From Nemertoderma westbladi (Eukaryota > Animalia > Xenacoelomorpha): a DNA stretch of 64,000 nucleotides. Made by a program: the position numbers and the translations under genes. How positions within the stretch are numbered: the first letter of the stretch is position 1; every line of letters begins with the position of its first letter. The notes beneath the pieces are model-generated. The model searched no databases, was not told where the DNA came from, and was given only the letters and a program-made list of their open reading frames with translations. This document shows, in pieces, positions 35,730-49,711 of the stretch. The DNA is taken from contig JAUCBJ010000688.1 of the NCBI GenBank assembly GCA_032718475.1, positions 1 through 64,000 on the forward strand, read 5' to 3'.

Positions 35730-38700
35730 CTGTGTAAGAAAATAATAATAATGATATAGAAACATGAATGTTAAACTGTGTTGCTTTTAAATGTGACGGA
35801 TTTTATGCTTTTGGTGATGGGAAACTATGGAATTAAAGATAACGATAGCATTTTATGGTACGTTGATTAAACTGTTACGTAGCTGAATTTAATAGGGATT
35901 GGATCGAATGAGACGAAGGACCGAAAGTGGCTTCGTCTTCCAAAGTCCCGCTTTCTCCTTTCAAAAACTTAACTGTAACATGTGCTATTGACTCTCGTTT
36001 ATTGTTTTGGTTAGAAAAACGTGCCACTGGAACCTGTTCCTTTCCCTTAATCTACCTATTCGCACCTTTATCCCATAACGACAAGGACCTTCGTCCTGTA
36101 ACCCTTTCAATACAAATACATTTCAAGATCCATTATTAATTAAATGTATCGCAGTAAACTAACCTCCCGTAGGTTATCGGAGACAATAATTGTCTGTCGA
36201 TCTTTACTCCTAGACTGTTGGTAGACCTGGACGCGGCAACTGATAAGGTGTACAGAGTGCTCAAGGTGCTCCAATGTGAAGGCGGCGTGCAGGGTGCACT
36301 GACTACCAGTCCACACGTGGGTGAAGGGAATCTCCTAAAAATGTTAACCAAATCATTTTATTCCTCAGAAAATAAACCGATAAAAATAATAAGACACTCT
36401 TTATGAGGGAAATGTAATTAATAGCCAGAGAGCAGTTTAGAGCACCGCGCGGAGATGTTATTATGTAGGTAGAGAATAAACATTAGGTTGAGGATAAACT
36501 TAGTTTATTGATTCTGGTTTATTGCCGCCCAGCACTATCTATGTTTAACGAGGTCGATTAAATCATAAAGTAGAACTGGAGTTGAGTTTTAGATATTATT
36601 ACACAGCCGAGTCTACGTGTGTGGGTTGACTTGTACTGTTTGTACCGTTTTGGGTACCTATTATGTACCAATTTGTGTACGTCTTGTACCTAGTATGTAC
36701 CAAGTTGTGTACCGTTTTGTACCTACTATGTACCAAGTTGTGTACTGTCTTGTACCTACTATGTACCAAGTTGTGTACTGTCTTGTACCTACTATGTACC
36801 AAGTTGTGTACTGTCTTGTACCTACTATGTACCAAGTTGTGTACTGTCTTGTACCTACTATGTACCAAGTTGTGTACTGTCTTGTACCTACTATGTACCA
36901 AGTTGTGTACCGTTTTGTACCTACTATGTACCAAGTTGTGTACTGTCTTGTACCTACTATGTACCAAGTTGTGTACTGTCTTGTACCTACTATGTACCAA
37001 GTTGTGTACCGTTTTGTACCTACTATGTACCAAGTTGTGTACTGTCTTGTACCTACTATGTACCAAGTTGTGTACTGTCTTGTACCTAGTACCAAGTTGT
37101 GTACTGTCTTGTACCTACTATGTACCAAGTTGTGTACTGTTTTGTACCTGTTCGACATTGTGTACCGTGTTGTATTCACCGGGTACGTACAACTCGCACT
37201 ACGCCTACCTGGTAATGAGTAGCGAGTTTACTCCTCCAACCCGGGTATATATCCTCGATCTGTAGACAAAGACTGCCGGCGTTGTCCGTGTAGACCAAGG
37301 TCCGCGGGTGGTCCAACAATCTGCCCCCCAGTCGGTGTTCCACGTCCAGGACGCATTCGAATCCGTCGCGGGTATCGTCGATGCAGTAGACGCGCACGTT
37401 GTAGTCCGCGCCGTGCCGCGCCGGTGCTGCGAACGCCGCGAGTCGCAGGAGTTTACTCGCGGGCTGCTGGTGGGAAGTCCCAACCATCCCGTACCGACTA
37501 GACAACTGGTCCAGCATTAGGAAACAGGATTTATCGTCCAGTTGGCAGTAAACTGTGCTGTTTATAGTTTCTTCACCTAATGTTTGTCGCTGCAAAAATA
37601 AATTGGTAAAAACAATTTACTTTTTGTAAAATTTATTGGTTTAAATAATAAATAATTAATTAATTAATAACTAAATAAATTATTAATTATTTGTAATAAA
37701 TTACAAACAATATTTAGTGGTTTCTAATAAATAACCACATCAATGTCAATAATAATTTATTAAAACCATAATATTACAAAATGAGAACCAATACGATTTC
37801 ATTATTAGATACTAAAAGTGGTAATTATGTAATCGAACTTACAGTCCATCTGGTTGGTTTATCGGGATGTGCGTCATTGGTTGCCACGGAGATCTTCCAG
37901 TGGTTGGGTTGGAGATGGGCGCAGTGACCGAGGCTGAGGATAACCGGCTTGGCGAAGTGTAGCCCGTGGGGGCCGCAGAGCACGACGGGAGAGAGGGCGG
38001 TCTCGTTGGTGGCGAGTCGGGGCCGGTCCCGGTCGTCCCGGGAGACCGCCACAAACATCTCCTCCGTGGTCCCCTTCGGGATGGCCCCCTCCGGGATCAG
38101 CAGACTGACCCCGCTGTCCGGGATGCAGAGACGGCCCCCCGCGTGGCCCACCTTCCCCCAGGCCAGACAGCTGGGGTCCACGTTGCCCGGGAGACCGCCC
38201 CCTAGCGGGGACTCGGGGCGCTCGCTGGGGCGGATCGGTTCGCAAGGTCGAGTGGGTTCGGGGTCGCATAACTCTGTTGTCATGTAGGGGGAGGGAGCGC
38301 CAGCAGGGTTGTCCTTGCGTTGCGAACAATGACCTGCGGGGGAGAAGGTTAAACCTACATGTAATGTAAGGAAATAAAGTAAAATACAAAAAATAGGAAA
38401 ATAAAGTTAATTATGCTACGGAAGGGAATAAAGTTAAATTACAAAAAGGGGAAAATATAATTATGTTTCAGAAGGAAATAAAGTACAATATCGACCTGCA
38501 AACAAAGAAAAATTACGGAATGAGAGAAAATTTTTAAATATATAGTGTTCTCATCAAACAAGCACTCAAAGGACTAAAAATCAATTAAAACAAATGAAAA
38601 TCCATCCCAAATGTTGGCCTAAAGCAAAATAACCAACCCAATGAAAACGGATCGATATTTCAAATCAATATACTGTAGACACAAGAAATAATTTCATTAG

Positions 38701-41700
38701 CCGTATAAACGTGAGTTATTGTCGTTATTCCATGTTAATTAGCCGTATAAACGTGCGTTATTGTCGTTATTCCAGGTTAATTAGCCGTATAAACGTGCGT
38801 TATTGTCGTTATTCCATGTTAATTAGCCGTATAAACGTGCGTTATTGTCGTTATTCCAGGTTAATTAGCCGTATAAACGTGCGTTATTGTCGTTATTCCA
38901 GGTTAATTAGCCGTATAAACGTGCGTTATTGTCGTTATTCCAGGTTAATTAGCCGTATAAACGTGCGTTATTGTCGTTATTCCATGTTAATTAGCCGTAT
39001 AAACGTGCGTTGTCGTTATTCCACTTTAATTAGCCGTATAAACGTGCGTTATTGTCGTTATTCCAGGTTAATTAGCCGTATAAACGTGCGTTATTGTCGT
39101 TATTCCATGTTAATTAGCCGTATAAACGTTCGTTGTCGTTATTCCACGTTAATTAGCCGTATAAACGTGCGTTATTGTCGTTATTCCACGTTAATTAGCC
39201 GTATAAACGTGCGTTATTGTCGTTATTCCAGGTTAATTAGCCGTATAAACGTGCGTTATTGTCGTTATTCCACGTTAATTAGCCGTATAAACGTGCGTTG
39301 TCGTTATTCCACGTTAATTAGCCGTATAAACGTGCGTTATTGTCGTTATTCCACGTTAATTAGCCGCATAAACGTGCGTTATTGTCGTTATTCCAGGTTA
39401 ATTAGCCGTATAAACGTGCGTTATTGTCGTTATTCCACGTTAATTAGCCGTATAAACGTGCGTTATTGTCGTTATTCCAGGTTAATTAGCCGTATAAACG
39501 TGCGTTATTGTCGTTATTCCACGTTAATTAGCCGTATAAACGTGCGTAATTGTCGTTATTCCATGTTAATTAGCCGTATAAACGAGCGTTATTGTCGTTA
39601 TTCCATGTTAATTAGCCGTATAAACGTGCGTTATTGTCGTTATTCCACGTTAATTAGCCTTATAAACGTGCGTTATTGTCGTTATTCCATGTTAATTAGC
39701 CGTATAAACGTGCGTTATTGTCGTTATTCCAGGTTAATTAGCCGTATAAACGTGCGTTATTGTCGTTATTCCATGTTAATTAGCCGTATAAACGTGCGTT
39801 ATTGTCGTTATTCCAGGTTAATTAGCCGTATAAACGTGCGTTATTGTCGTTATTCCAGGTTAATTAGCCGTATAAACGTGCGTTATTGTCGTTATTCCAT
39901 GTTAATTAGCCGTATAAACGAGCGTTATTGTCGTTATTCCATGTTAATTAGCCGTATAAACGTGCGTTATTGTCGTTATTCCACGTTAATTAGCCTTATA
40001 AACGTGCGTTATTGTCGTTATTCCATGTTAATTAGCCGTATAAACGTGCGTTATTGTCGTTATTCCAGGTTAATTAGCCGTATAAACGTGCGTTATTGTC
40101 GTTATTCCATGTTAATTAGCCGTATAAACGTGCGTTATTGTCGTTATTCCAGGTTAATTAGCCGTATAAACGTGCGTTATTGTCGTTATTCCAGGTTAAT
40201 TAGCCGTATAAACGTGCGTTATTGTCGTTATTCCAGGTTAATTAGCCGTATAAACGTGCGTTATTGTCGTTATTCCACGTTAATTAGCCGTATAAACATG
40301 CGTTATTGTCGTTATTCCATGTTAATTAGCCGTATAAACGTGCGTTATTGTCGTTATTCCATGTTAATTAGCCGTATAAACGTGCGTTATTGTCGTTATT
40401 CCACGTTAATTAGCCTTATAAACGTGCGTTATTGTCGTTATTCCAGGTTAATTAGCCTTATAAACGTGCGTTATTGTCGTTATTCCAGGTTAATTAGCCG
40501 TATAAACGTGCGTTATTGTCGTTATTCCAGGTTAATTAGCCGTATAAACGTGCGTTATTGTCGTTATTCCAGGTTAATTAGCCGTATAAACGTGCGTTAT
40601 TGTCGTTATTCCATGTTAATTAGCCGTATAAACGTGCGTTATTGTCGTTATTCCAGGTTAATTAGCCGTATAAACGTGCGTTATTGTCGTTATTCCAGGT
40701 TAATTAGCCGTATAAACGTGCGTTATTGTCGTTATTCCAGGTTAATTAGCCGTATAAACGTGCGTTATTGTCGTTATTCCACGTTAATTAGCCGTATAAA
40801 CATGCGTTATTGTCGTTATTCCATGTTAATTAGCCGTATAAACGTGCGTTATTGTCGTTATTCCATGTTAATTAGCCGTATAAACGTGCGTTATTGTCGT
40901 TATTCCACGTTAATTAGCCTTATAAACGTGCGTTATTGTCGTTATTCCATGTTAATTAGCCGTATAAACGTGCGTTATTGTCGTTATTCCACGTTAATTA
41001 GCCTTATAAACGTGCGTTATTGTCGTTATTCCAGGTTAATTAGCCGTATAAACGTGCGTTATTGTCGTTATTCCATGTTAATTAGCCGTATAAACGTGCG
41101 TTATTGTCGTTATTCCATGTTAATTAGCCGTATAAACGTGCGTTATTGTCGTTATTCCACGTTAATTAGCCTTATAAACGTGCGTTATTGTCGTTATTCC
41201 AGGTTAATTAGCCGTATAAACGTGCGTTATTGTCGTTATTCCATGTTAATTAGCCGTATAAACGTGCGTTATTGTCGTTATTCCACGTTAATTAGCCGTA
41301 TAAACGTGCGTTATTGTCGTCATTCCAGGTTAATTAGCCGTATAAACGTGCGTTATTGTCGTTATTCCAGGTTAATTAGCCGTATAAACGTGCGTTATTG
41401 TCGTTATTCCACGTTAATTAGCCTTATAAACGTGCGTTATTGTCGTTATTCCATGTTAATTAGCCGTATAAACGTGCGTTATTGTCGTTATTCCAGGTTA
41501 ATTAGCCGTATAAACGTGCGTTATTGTCGTTATTCCATGTTAATTAGCCGTATAAACGTGCGTTATTGTCGTTATTCCAGGTTAATTAGCCGTATAAACG
41601 TGCGTTATTGTCGTTATTCCAGGTTAATTAGTCGTATAAACGTGAGTTATTGTCGTTATTCCAGGTTAATTAGCCGTATAAACGTGCGTTATTGTCGTTA

Positions 41701-44700
41701 TTCCAGGTTAATTAGCCGTATAAACGTGCGTTATTGTCGTTATTCCACGTTAATTAGCCGTATAAACGTGCGTTATTGTCGTTATTCCACGTTAATTAGC
41801 CGTATAAACGTGCGTTATTGTCGTTATTCCAGGTTAATTAGCCGTATAAACATGCGTTATTGTCGTTATTCCACGTTAATTAGCCGTATAAACGTGCGTT
41901 GTCGTTATTCCACGTTAATTAGCCGTATAAACGTGCGTTATTGTCGTTATTCCAGGTTAATTAGCCGTATAAACATGCGTTATTGTCGTTATTCCAGGTT
42001 AATCAGCCGTATAAACATGCGTTATTGTCGTTATTCCACGTTAATTAGCCGTATAAACGTGCGTTATTGTCGTTATTCCAGGTTAATTAGCCGTATAAAC
42101 GTGCGTTATTGTCGTTATTCCAGGTTAATTAGCCGTATAAACATGCGTTATTGTCGTTATTCCACGTTAATTAGCCGTATAAACGTGCGTTATTGTCGTT
42201 ATTCCAGGTTAATTAGCCGTATAAACGTGCGTTATTGTCGTTATTCCAGGTTAATTAGCCGTATAAACGTGCGTTATTGTCGTTATTCCACGTTAATTAG
42301 CCGTATAAACGTGCGTTATTGTCGTTATTCCAGGTTAATTAGCCGTATAAACGTGCGTTATTGTCGTTATTCCAGGTTAATTAGCCGTATAAACGTGCGT
42401 TATTGTCGTTATTCCAGGTTAATTAGCTGTATAAAGATTGACTTTTTTAATAATTTATTTATCTATCAACTTTTACGACTTATTATTTGAATATTTATTA
42501 TATTTTAATTTGACGGAAAATTTAGTTAATAACTTATCGCCGACGGACCTGAGTCGTATCCGTTGCTACGCAACTGGTAGTCGCCGCAGTTGACCGGCTC
42601 GCTAGGCACGGCGTAGTGGTCCGGGGTGATGGAGGAGGCCGTGTAGCAACCGGGGGAGGGGGTCATCGTGCTGAGGGGGGCGGGGGCAACGGTGGCGCCC
42701 CCGCGGGGGGAAACCATGGCGTGGACGTTCAACGGGTTCACCGTCATATGGGGGGGCGGGGGGCGGAATAGGGGCAGCTGAGGGGGCGGAGGGGGCGGGT
42801 CCGCGTGGATCAGGGGCGCCGTGTGGTAGGGGGAGATGGCGGGAGTGCCCCCCGAGCCGGGGGGGCACGCGTGAGTAACGTCCGGGATGGAACACGGGGG
42901 CTTCAGAATACCCGCGCCTAAGAAACAATAGCAAACAGGAGAGAGTTAAAGCGAGCAACAAAAATATGGTAAAACAATAAATAGTTGGATATTCTTATCA
43001 AATATAAATTAATATTTAAATATTATTTATGGAAAACTAAATTCACGGTATTTCACTCAGCACTATATTTATACCTGTACTGGCATACAGTACCGGTACT
43101 CGATTAATTTATAATTATCACCTCAACATATAAACTTATAAAATGCTATATGACGACACACTCTGCGTTAAAATGAGTTGATAAAGTTTCAAGTTTTGAT
43201 TTTTTTTATTATTTATGTTTTAAATATTTTATCACAAAAAGAGTCGAAATATATTTCACTTTTCACTTACTGTTAACGGATCCAGTATGACTCATTGTAC
43301 CGTCATTCAAAGGCATGAGGATGTGATTGGTGGGTTTTATTACTCCGTTCCCGTTGTAAACGTTAGGTGGAGCCGTGTAACCCGTATTAGGACCGATATT
43401 GTAGCCTAGAATAAAAAAATACAGATTAAATATTACTTAGAAGTATTCTATAATTAATAGCCGCGGATTAAGGGCTCTTTGGAGTATAAACAGTAGTTGA
43501 TAGAGAGTTTAACGATGAATACAATACCAGAGTACTAGCCTACGCTGCCCTAGACAGTATACGGTCTAATACTCTGTAAAATATAAAGATATGGTGGTGG
43601 GAAATTTAAATTTATATTATGCTTTGTAAAACACAAGTTCAAATTGTCTACAACTATAAATATTTGATTTAAGCAAAATAACTTTAAATGCATCTTAAAA
43701 TTAAAAACAGGTAGAAATCAATGTGTTGAAAAAAGATTTAATGTTTCCTGAAACTGGTTAATAAAATGTGCGTCAATGATATTGTTTCTGTGACACTGAC
43801 CTCTGTCTGCCTGATGGTAGGCACCGCGTCTGGACCGGTGACCTTTGCGTTGGACAAGGAATACGATGAGCGCGATAACAGCGACAAGGACGAGCACAGC
43901 GACAACTAGACCGATATAGAGTGCGACATCCTGGGTGGATGAGCCTGGAGCTGGAAGGAAAACAATTTAATTTCATTAATAACTTTAACTCAATTACTAT
44001 TTTGTAACAACTGTTAAAAAACAAATTATATTAGTTAAAACTTTAAAGTTAATTTTGTATTTTTTTGGAATTTAATTATTTTTGGTGGTCCGGTTATTTT
44101 CTTTCTTTTCCCCTAATATTTTTCACGTGGTTTATAAATTTAACAATATGTTTCCACGAGAAATAATGGTTTACACCGATTTACATCAAAAATGTGGCCG
44201 TCAACATGGTGCCGGTAAATAGGATTTTATGACTTTTAAAGAACATGGGATCACAGGGACACAAAGTCTGCGAAAAGCACAGTAAACGGGTATTATAAAC
44301 GCCGAGGGTGACACATAGGAAACCTGTAAGCCAACCATTCATCGAATGACAAATTAATTTTGCGTAAATACGAAGTAACTTTTAAATAAAAGCCGATCTA
44401 AACCGAGTTAGGGAAGGAATAAAGCCAGTGTTAGCTCAAATAATTCCCCGGTGTAATTTCCTATGAGGCCAACCTGTAGCTAATTCCCAAACATTCCAGT
44501 ATGCCGGGAATACTGGCTTTTAATACCAAACTAACAGTAACTCTATAGATTCTATATTTATACCGGTTTAAAATTCTCGTGCAATCAGCTCCATACGGAC
44601 CGAGGGAATGCAGGAGGTAGAAGGCACTCGAAACGACCGGGAAGTGATGAAATTAGTCGTAGAGCGGGGGAATAACGACAACTTGTCCGAGCGAGTAACC

Positions 44701-47700
44701 CCACTCGAGGAAAACTGTTTAACTTTGGTTTACCGGTGGTTCACATAAAACTGTATAGCCGTTTATGGAACAGTGGCGGTTGGGGAGTTTAATTGGGATC
44801 AATGGATGGAAAAATAGATAAGTTTGGGAATAAACGTGAATTATATGCGATGGAATTCGCTACAAATCTAATTTTGGAAATATTCGAAAGCAAATTAAAT
44901 TATAAGAAGAAAAATAGTTATAAATTATTCAAGTTATAAAAATATCATTTAACATTGAATTTATTGATACATTTATACTGGCCGCATATTAAAATAATAA
45001 TTTGGCAGTAATAATAGATTGATTGTTTTTATAAACGGACTAACCTGTTCTTGGAGTATCTTCCGACGGGTGTACATGCCCCCCGGTGCCCCCGCCGCCC
45101 CCGGGCGCGGTACAATGCCCCCCGGTACAGTTAGCGACCTCTATCGGCGAGCCGGGGCAGTTGAGACCGTCGCTTTTAGGGGCGGGATTGTCGCAGACCC
45201 TGCGTCTACGTTTCTCGCACTCGGGGCTGCAGGCGGCCCAGGGTCCCCAGACACCCCAACCCCCGTCGACCACACACATTGTGCTGCAGTCCGTCGACTG
45301 GATGTCGTTGCCCGCGCACGGCACACCTTTGGTGCCCTCCGGTTTGGGACTGGAGCAGGTGCGGCGTCTACGCTGCACCCCCCGACCACACTTCGAGTCG
45401 CACGTGGTCCATACAGACCACTCGGACCAACCGCCTTTAACTGAAACACAATCGATGATAAACTTACAGAAACTAGAAAAGCACAAAACCAAAGTCTGAG
45501 GATATAACAATAGTGTAAAATGTGTTTAAATGTTATTTCATTTATTTTTTTGTTTAAAATTGACATGACGTATTCATTTATAGTTTATATAGTTAACCCT
45601 ATACGCATACGGTAACCCTATACGGTATAAGGCATTATTATCTCTTATAACTTATAGTTATAAGTTATTTATTATATTAAAATAAACAATACCACTCGAC
45701 TCACCATAAACATTTAGTTCAGCGACAGTACTCCGTCTTTCCGCTACTATATTCTCCGCCACGCACGTGTAATTACCCGTATCGGAGATTTCCACATGGG
45801 TAAACATTAGCTTACCATCGCTAGTCATATACATCTGTAAAAAATAAACAAACAAATATATACGTAGAAAAAATATCATAGAGAAGGCCAATTCCAATAT
45901 TTACTTTATAGCCTCACGATTTGCAGGTAGACTATGCCGCACTTTGTGTCGCCTTATGAACTGACAGCACTGAATACCAACCAAATACCCACAGACCTGT
46001 GGGTGTGTAGTGTAGCACTCTCAACGTGCTGTCACCGCGAAGTGTGTCTGTGAGCCGAGCGTAAAATAGTGAAACAAATAAAAACAAATTTGAATAAACA
46101 AAATATGAAGAATTGATTAAATTCCCGAAGTTGCAAGACTTTGTGCCCAACTTACTAACCATATTATTGCCTTCAACGACCAGTCTTCTGTTGTCTTTGA
46201 CCCAGTAAACAGTCGGTTTTGGCACACCCTCTGGCGGCTTACACATCAACTCTGTACTGAAACCTTTCTCTATATCTCGGTTCAACGGTTCCCTATTAAA
46301 GTCCTTCTTCATGACGGCTATGTGAACATATCCCGTATCGCCGAAAACCTTACCATGTGAACTCCAAGCGGTGCACCTACAATTGTATGCTTCACCTGGA
46401 CGGATGCGTTTGAATTCTTCTAAGTGTTGCTTAGTGATATCTGTAAACAACAATAACATAAATATATAAATAATGTCCTTCCTTTCTCGTTCTGGAACAT
46501 AAATTCTTTGTAACATTTAGTGTCTAGACTCGAACCAATCGCTCAATCTATTTTCGAGGTCTAACAATAAAATTAATAAGTAATCTTTGCCATATTAAGT
46601 CTCGGATTAATTAATGTATTTAGTAACCTGGTAATTAAATTATAATATATTTATTTAGCACATTTAGTTAAATATATAATTGTATTTTTAGTAGCGGTAT
46701 CTATGGCTACTCACTGATAGACGTAATTAGAGATACCAATCCAGTTCTGGGGTCTCTATTACTCGTCTGTTCCTGGTCACTCGTGCCAATATCGGTACTA
46801 CACACGAACAGTAGTTTCACACTTTTGGCGGCTTCGCATGTCAGTTGAACTGGCTGGCCTCGGATTATATAAGAGTTAACTTTCGGTTGCTCCAGAAACA
46901 TTGGAAATACTGTAAGAGACAATTAATTAATAGTTTAGTGTTATTTTTTATTTATTATAAAAATAAGTGACGGTGGGGTGTCGGCACAGTGTAGTTGTGC
47001 TGTCGGCACAGAGTCGGCCTAATGTTTACACCCAAATTTAGATAAGTTCTGATTTTGACGTGACTGCGTAATCTGAACGGTGTCAGACAATCATATTTCT
47101 GGACATATTAATATGTCTGTCTGCATGCAGACAGACAGACACTCTACTATATTGATAAAGTGTAACCAATAAAGCCGCAAAGTAAATAAAAATGAATTGG
47201 CATAATATCTTTGTGTATACTATATAAACAATGACAGAGACTTATTTTATTAATCTTTGGACTAGAGAGAATCGCGAGTTAGCATGAAGTGAAGAGGTTT
47301 TGCAAGGGAATTATGGGAAGTATTCCATCAACGTAGAGACACGATCAACCGGAAACTACAACACCATCCATCAAACGCGGGAGTTGGCGCCACCGAGCCC
47401 GGACTAACCCGGCATGGCTCGTAATTCTCTTAAACAACTTTGTTGGATTTTTATTAGAGATCTGCTTTCAGACAAATTGTCTCTATAAAACCGAGGAGGA
47501 AGATACTCATTACTTTACAGCGCCAGCCAGGCTGGAAGCAACAGAAAGTCCCAAGAGTTTTAGGCATTGGCATATGATAGAGTCAAACAAAAGGAATGAG
47601 TACAGCAGTATGTGTAGAATTATAAAAGTATAAGGAAGTTTAATAAGCAAACAACGTGCATGCTAAGTGATGATGTCATGGTTGTAGTTTGTGCGACGGT

Positions 47701-49711
47701 TATCTTACAACAGACTTACATAATTACTTAACTTACATTAGAGTTTAAGAAGCTCTTCATAAGCTATGGTCATACGATTTCATCATACCATGAACAAGCA
47801 TTCGTTCATATACAACATACTTAAACCGCGTCCATAAGATTTTAAATAACGGATTCCACACACGCATAACGCCAGAGAGAAATAACAACGATTCCCACAC
47901 ACACCAAAAAGGCACTGAAAATTACTAAAATTAATATTTAAATAATTAATCACGAAAAGTCAATTAAGTAATCCAAAGGGACAGTTAAGTTGTAAACGTG
48001 TTGTGTAAGAAAAAATGGCCCATCGTAATTTCTTACATAATTGATGTCCAAGTGGAGATAGCCATAAAATTGAATTATAAATTAATGTCAGATGTGGCAG
48101 TTATTAGTTTGAATTTAATTTCATCAACGGAGTTTAAATTTGTAATTAACTTAAAAATTTAATTTATGACCGAGTGACCGAGAACGTAAATAAATGACTA
48201 TCATCAAGCGAGGAATACTTAATTACAGCATCTATAATAGCTTGGATAACATTCTATTTATGGTTGTACGGCTTCTTAAAATCCCATCCTATGATTGATT
48301 TACGGTGTGACACTTTTCCAAAGATATGTGAAATAAAAATTGAGACTCGCAACTGATACCCTCACAAAAATATGGATGGTAAAATAACTACACCATGTAG
48401 GCCTATGCAGCATACAGGGATCTGAGCATTTCTCTGCCCTATATTTATTTAAGCAATGAGGAATGTTAATTTACGGGGTTAAATTAATTATTAGGCGAAG
48501 AAACGTTTACATTTACGCAGATTAGATTCGGCGCTGTTGTTATACTACAAAATTTACGCGTCCAACGTGATGGTAAGGTATAAAAATAAAGTAAGAATGA
48601 CATAAAGTTATAATATGCCATGTTAAAATGTTGTGAAAAAGTTAACAATGCGAAATAAAGATATTATATTATATTACTGTTGATATATATATTACGGTTG
48701 CAAAGACCGTATTCGGTCTTGTGGGATTGTTCTTCTATATTAAGATCCTATATCCTCCCACGCTACACCAATTCATTTAGAAAGGTCATAAAAAAATAGT
48801 ACAGGCCATTTGTACAACTATATGTTCAGGCTAGCTCTAAGGGTTGACTGACGACAGTACATTAGCCAATTAACCCCCCACAAACCATCCATTAAAGGCC
48901 AATGAGGGCCCACAATCCTAGGTAGGTTCATTAAGGGACCGCCTACGGCCATTCCAATTTTATTACACTAACATAGTTAGGCCAACCATCCACGACATCG
49001 GACCTACGACAATGGGACAAGGAGCAATGTATAACTAGGAACTACCCCGGGCCATCCATCAACTGAATGTATAATGGGTTGGGGTTAGGCAGAAATAATA
49101 CAGTGCGATATTAGATGAGGACAGGCCCTACTAGTAGGGATAAGTCTGCAAAACTTACAACTAAATTAATTATAATAAGTACAAATAATATATCGTAAGC
49201 ATCAATACCAAGGGTCGCGGTCGATATTTAATCAGAGACATATTCGTACGGTAACTTATCCTTAGCATGTGAGTCACCGTGTATGGCAACAGTCAGGTCA
49301 GTTTAATAACATTTGTAACGCAGCGGGGTATTCACTTATAATCATATAAAGCCGTATTTATTTAATATAACGATGATCAACATTTATCGCCCGACCAGCT
49401 TAACGTTCGCCGAATATTCGTCTTCCGGCAATTTGCACTCATTTTGTCATTAAAACTATCGACGTAAAAAGTAAGATTACCCGTAAAAAGAAGAGCTAAG
49501 GCTTATGATAAGATAAGGATGGAACACATGTGTTTGTTATCACTGCGGACCTTTGTTATATATTGTAACGTACACACACACACAGAGTGAGATACGAAAA
49601 TAGACATGTAAAAAACAATCTTATAATTATTACGCTTCTTTGTTAACACACCTTGGGGCCGCCCTTGATCACTCTGCATCTCCAATAATTCATCATTGTT
49701 CAAAGCAACGC
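35187..49711 (-). CDS. unc5: netrin receptor UNC5 (Ig-Ig-TSP1-TSP1-TM-ZU5-UPA-death); 13 exons, ~1040 aa, signal-peptide exon not identified
   Basis: Exons, all GT-AG and phase-consistent by hand: 49652-49711 (tentative), 46715-46909, 46160-46440, 45705-45834, 45045-45440, 43801-43950, 43271-43405, 42549-42917, 37843-38333, 37209-37589, 36164-36334, 35533-35729, 35187-35367. Motifs YNCRCTAWSSHG, CKPPEGVPKP, DTGNYTCVAENIVAERRS, GGWSEWS, DVALYIG, GVSLLIPEGAIP, LSPVVLCGP, WRSKL..YQEIPF.HVW, GNDWRMLA, SPTEHILDLWEAR. Confidence 0.93.
36164..36334 (-). CDS. unc5: UNC5 UPA domain exon 2
   Basis: ttttag|EIPFTHVWTGSQCTLHAAFTLEHL...DNLRE|gttagt; not represented in the ORF track. Confidence 0.9.
36652..37150. 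repeat. 33-bp intronic minisatellite (~15 copies)
   Basis: Unit TGTACCTACTATGTACCAAGTTGTGTACTGTCT. Confidence 0.95.
37209..38333 (-). CDS. unc5: UNC5 ZU5 exon (37843-38333) and UPA exon 1 (37209-37589)
   Basis: GGRLCIPDSGVSLLIPEGAIPKG...LSPVVLCGPHGLHFAKPVILSLGHCA; KLLRLAAFA...YNVRVYCIDDT...LGGRLLDHPR...WRSKLATHYQ. Confidence 0.93.
38696..42435. repeat. 42-bp intronic minisatellite (~89 copies)
   Basis: Unit CGTGCGTTATTGTCGTTATTCCA(G/T/C)GTTAATTAGCCGTATAAA, with occasional 3-bp TAT deletions. Fills most of the UNC5 intron 38334-42548. Confidence 0.97.
42549..43950 (-). CDS. unc5: UNC5 transmembrane exon (43801-43950) and Pro-rich juxtamembrane exons (43271-43405, 42549-42917)
   Basis: QDVALYIGLVVAVLVLVAVIALIVFLVQRK transmembrane segment; following exons are phase 1-1 and open, including IPDVTH. 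Confidence 0.85.
45045..46909 (-). CDS. unc5: UNC5 Ig1/Ig2 exons (46715-46909, 46160-46440, 45705-45834) and double-TSP1 exon (45045-45440)
   Basis: FLEQP..SYIIRGQPVQLTCEA; YNCRCTAWSSHG; ELMCKPPEGVPKPTVYWVKD; GGWSEWSVWTTCDSKCGRGVQRRRRTC; VDGGWGVWGPWAACSPEC. Confidence 0.93.

Noticed and set aside
38711-42490. 1259-aa ORF (VRYCRYSRLISRIN)n
   Set aside because: Minisatellite translation antisense to a UNC5 intron, with no independent coding evidence.
47114-47137. 24-bp perfect palindrome TGTCTGTCTGCATGCAGACAGACA
   Set aside because: Made of (GACA)n microsatellite arms; low information and no element boundaries identified.
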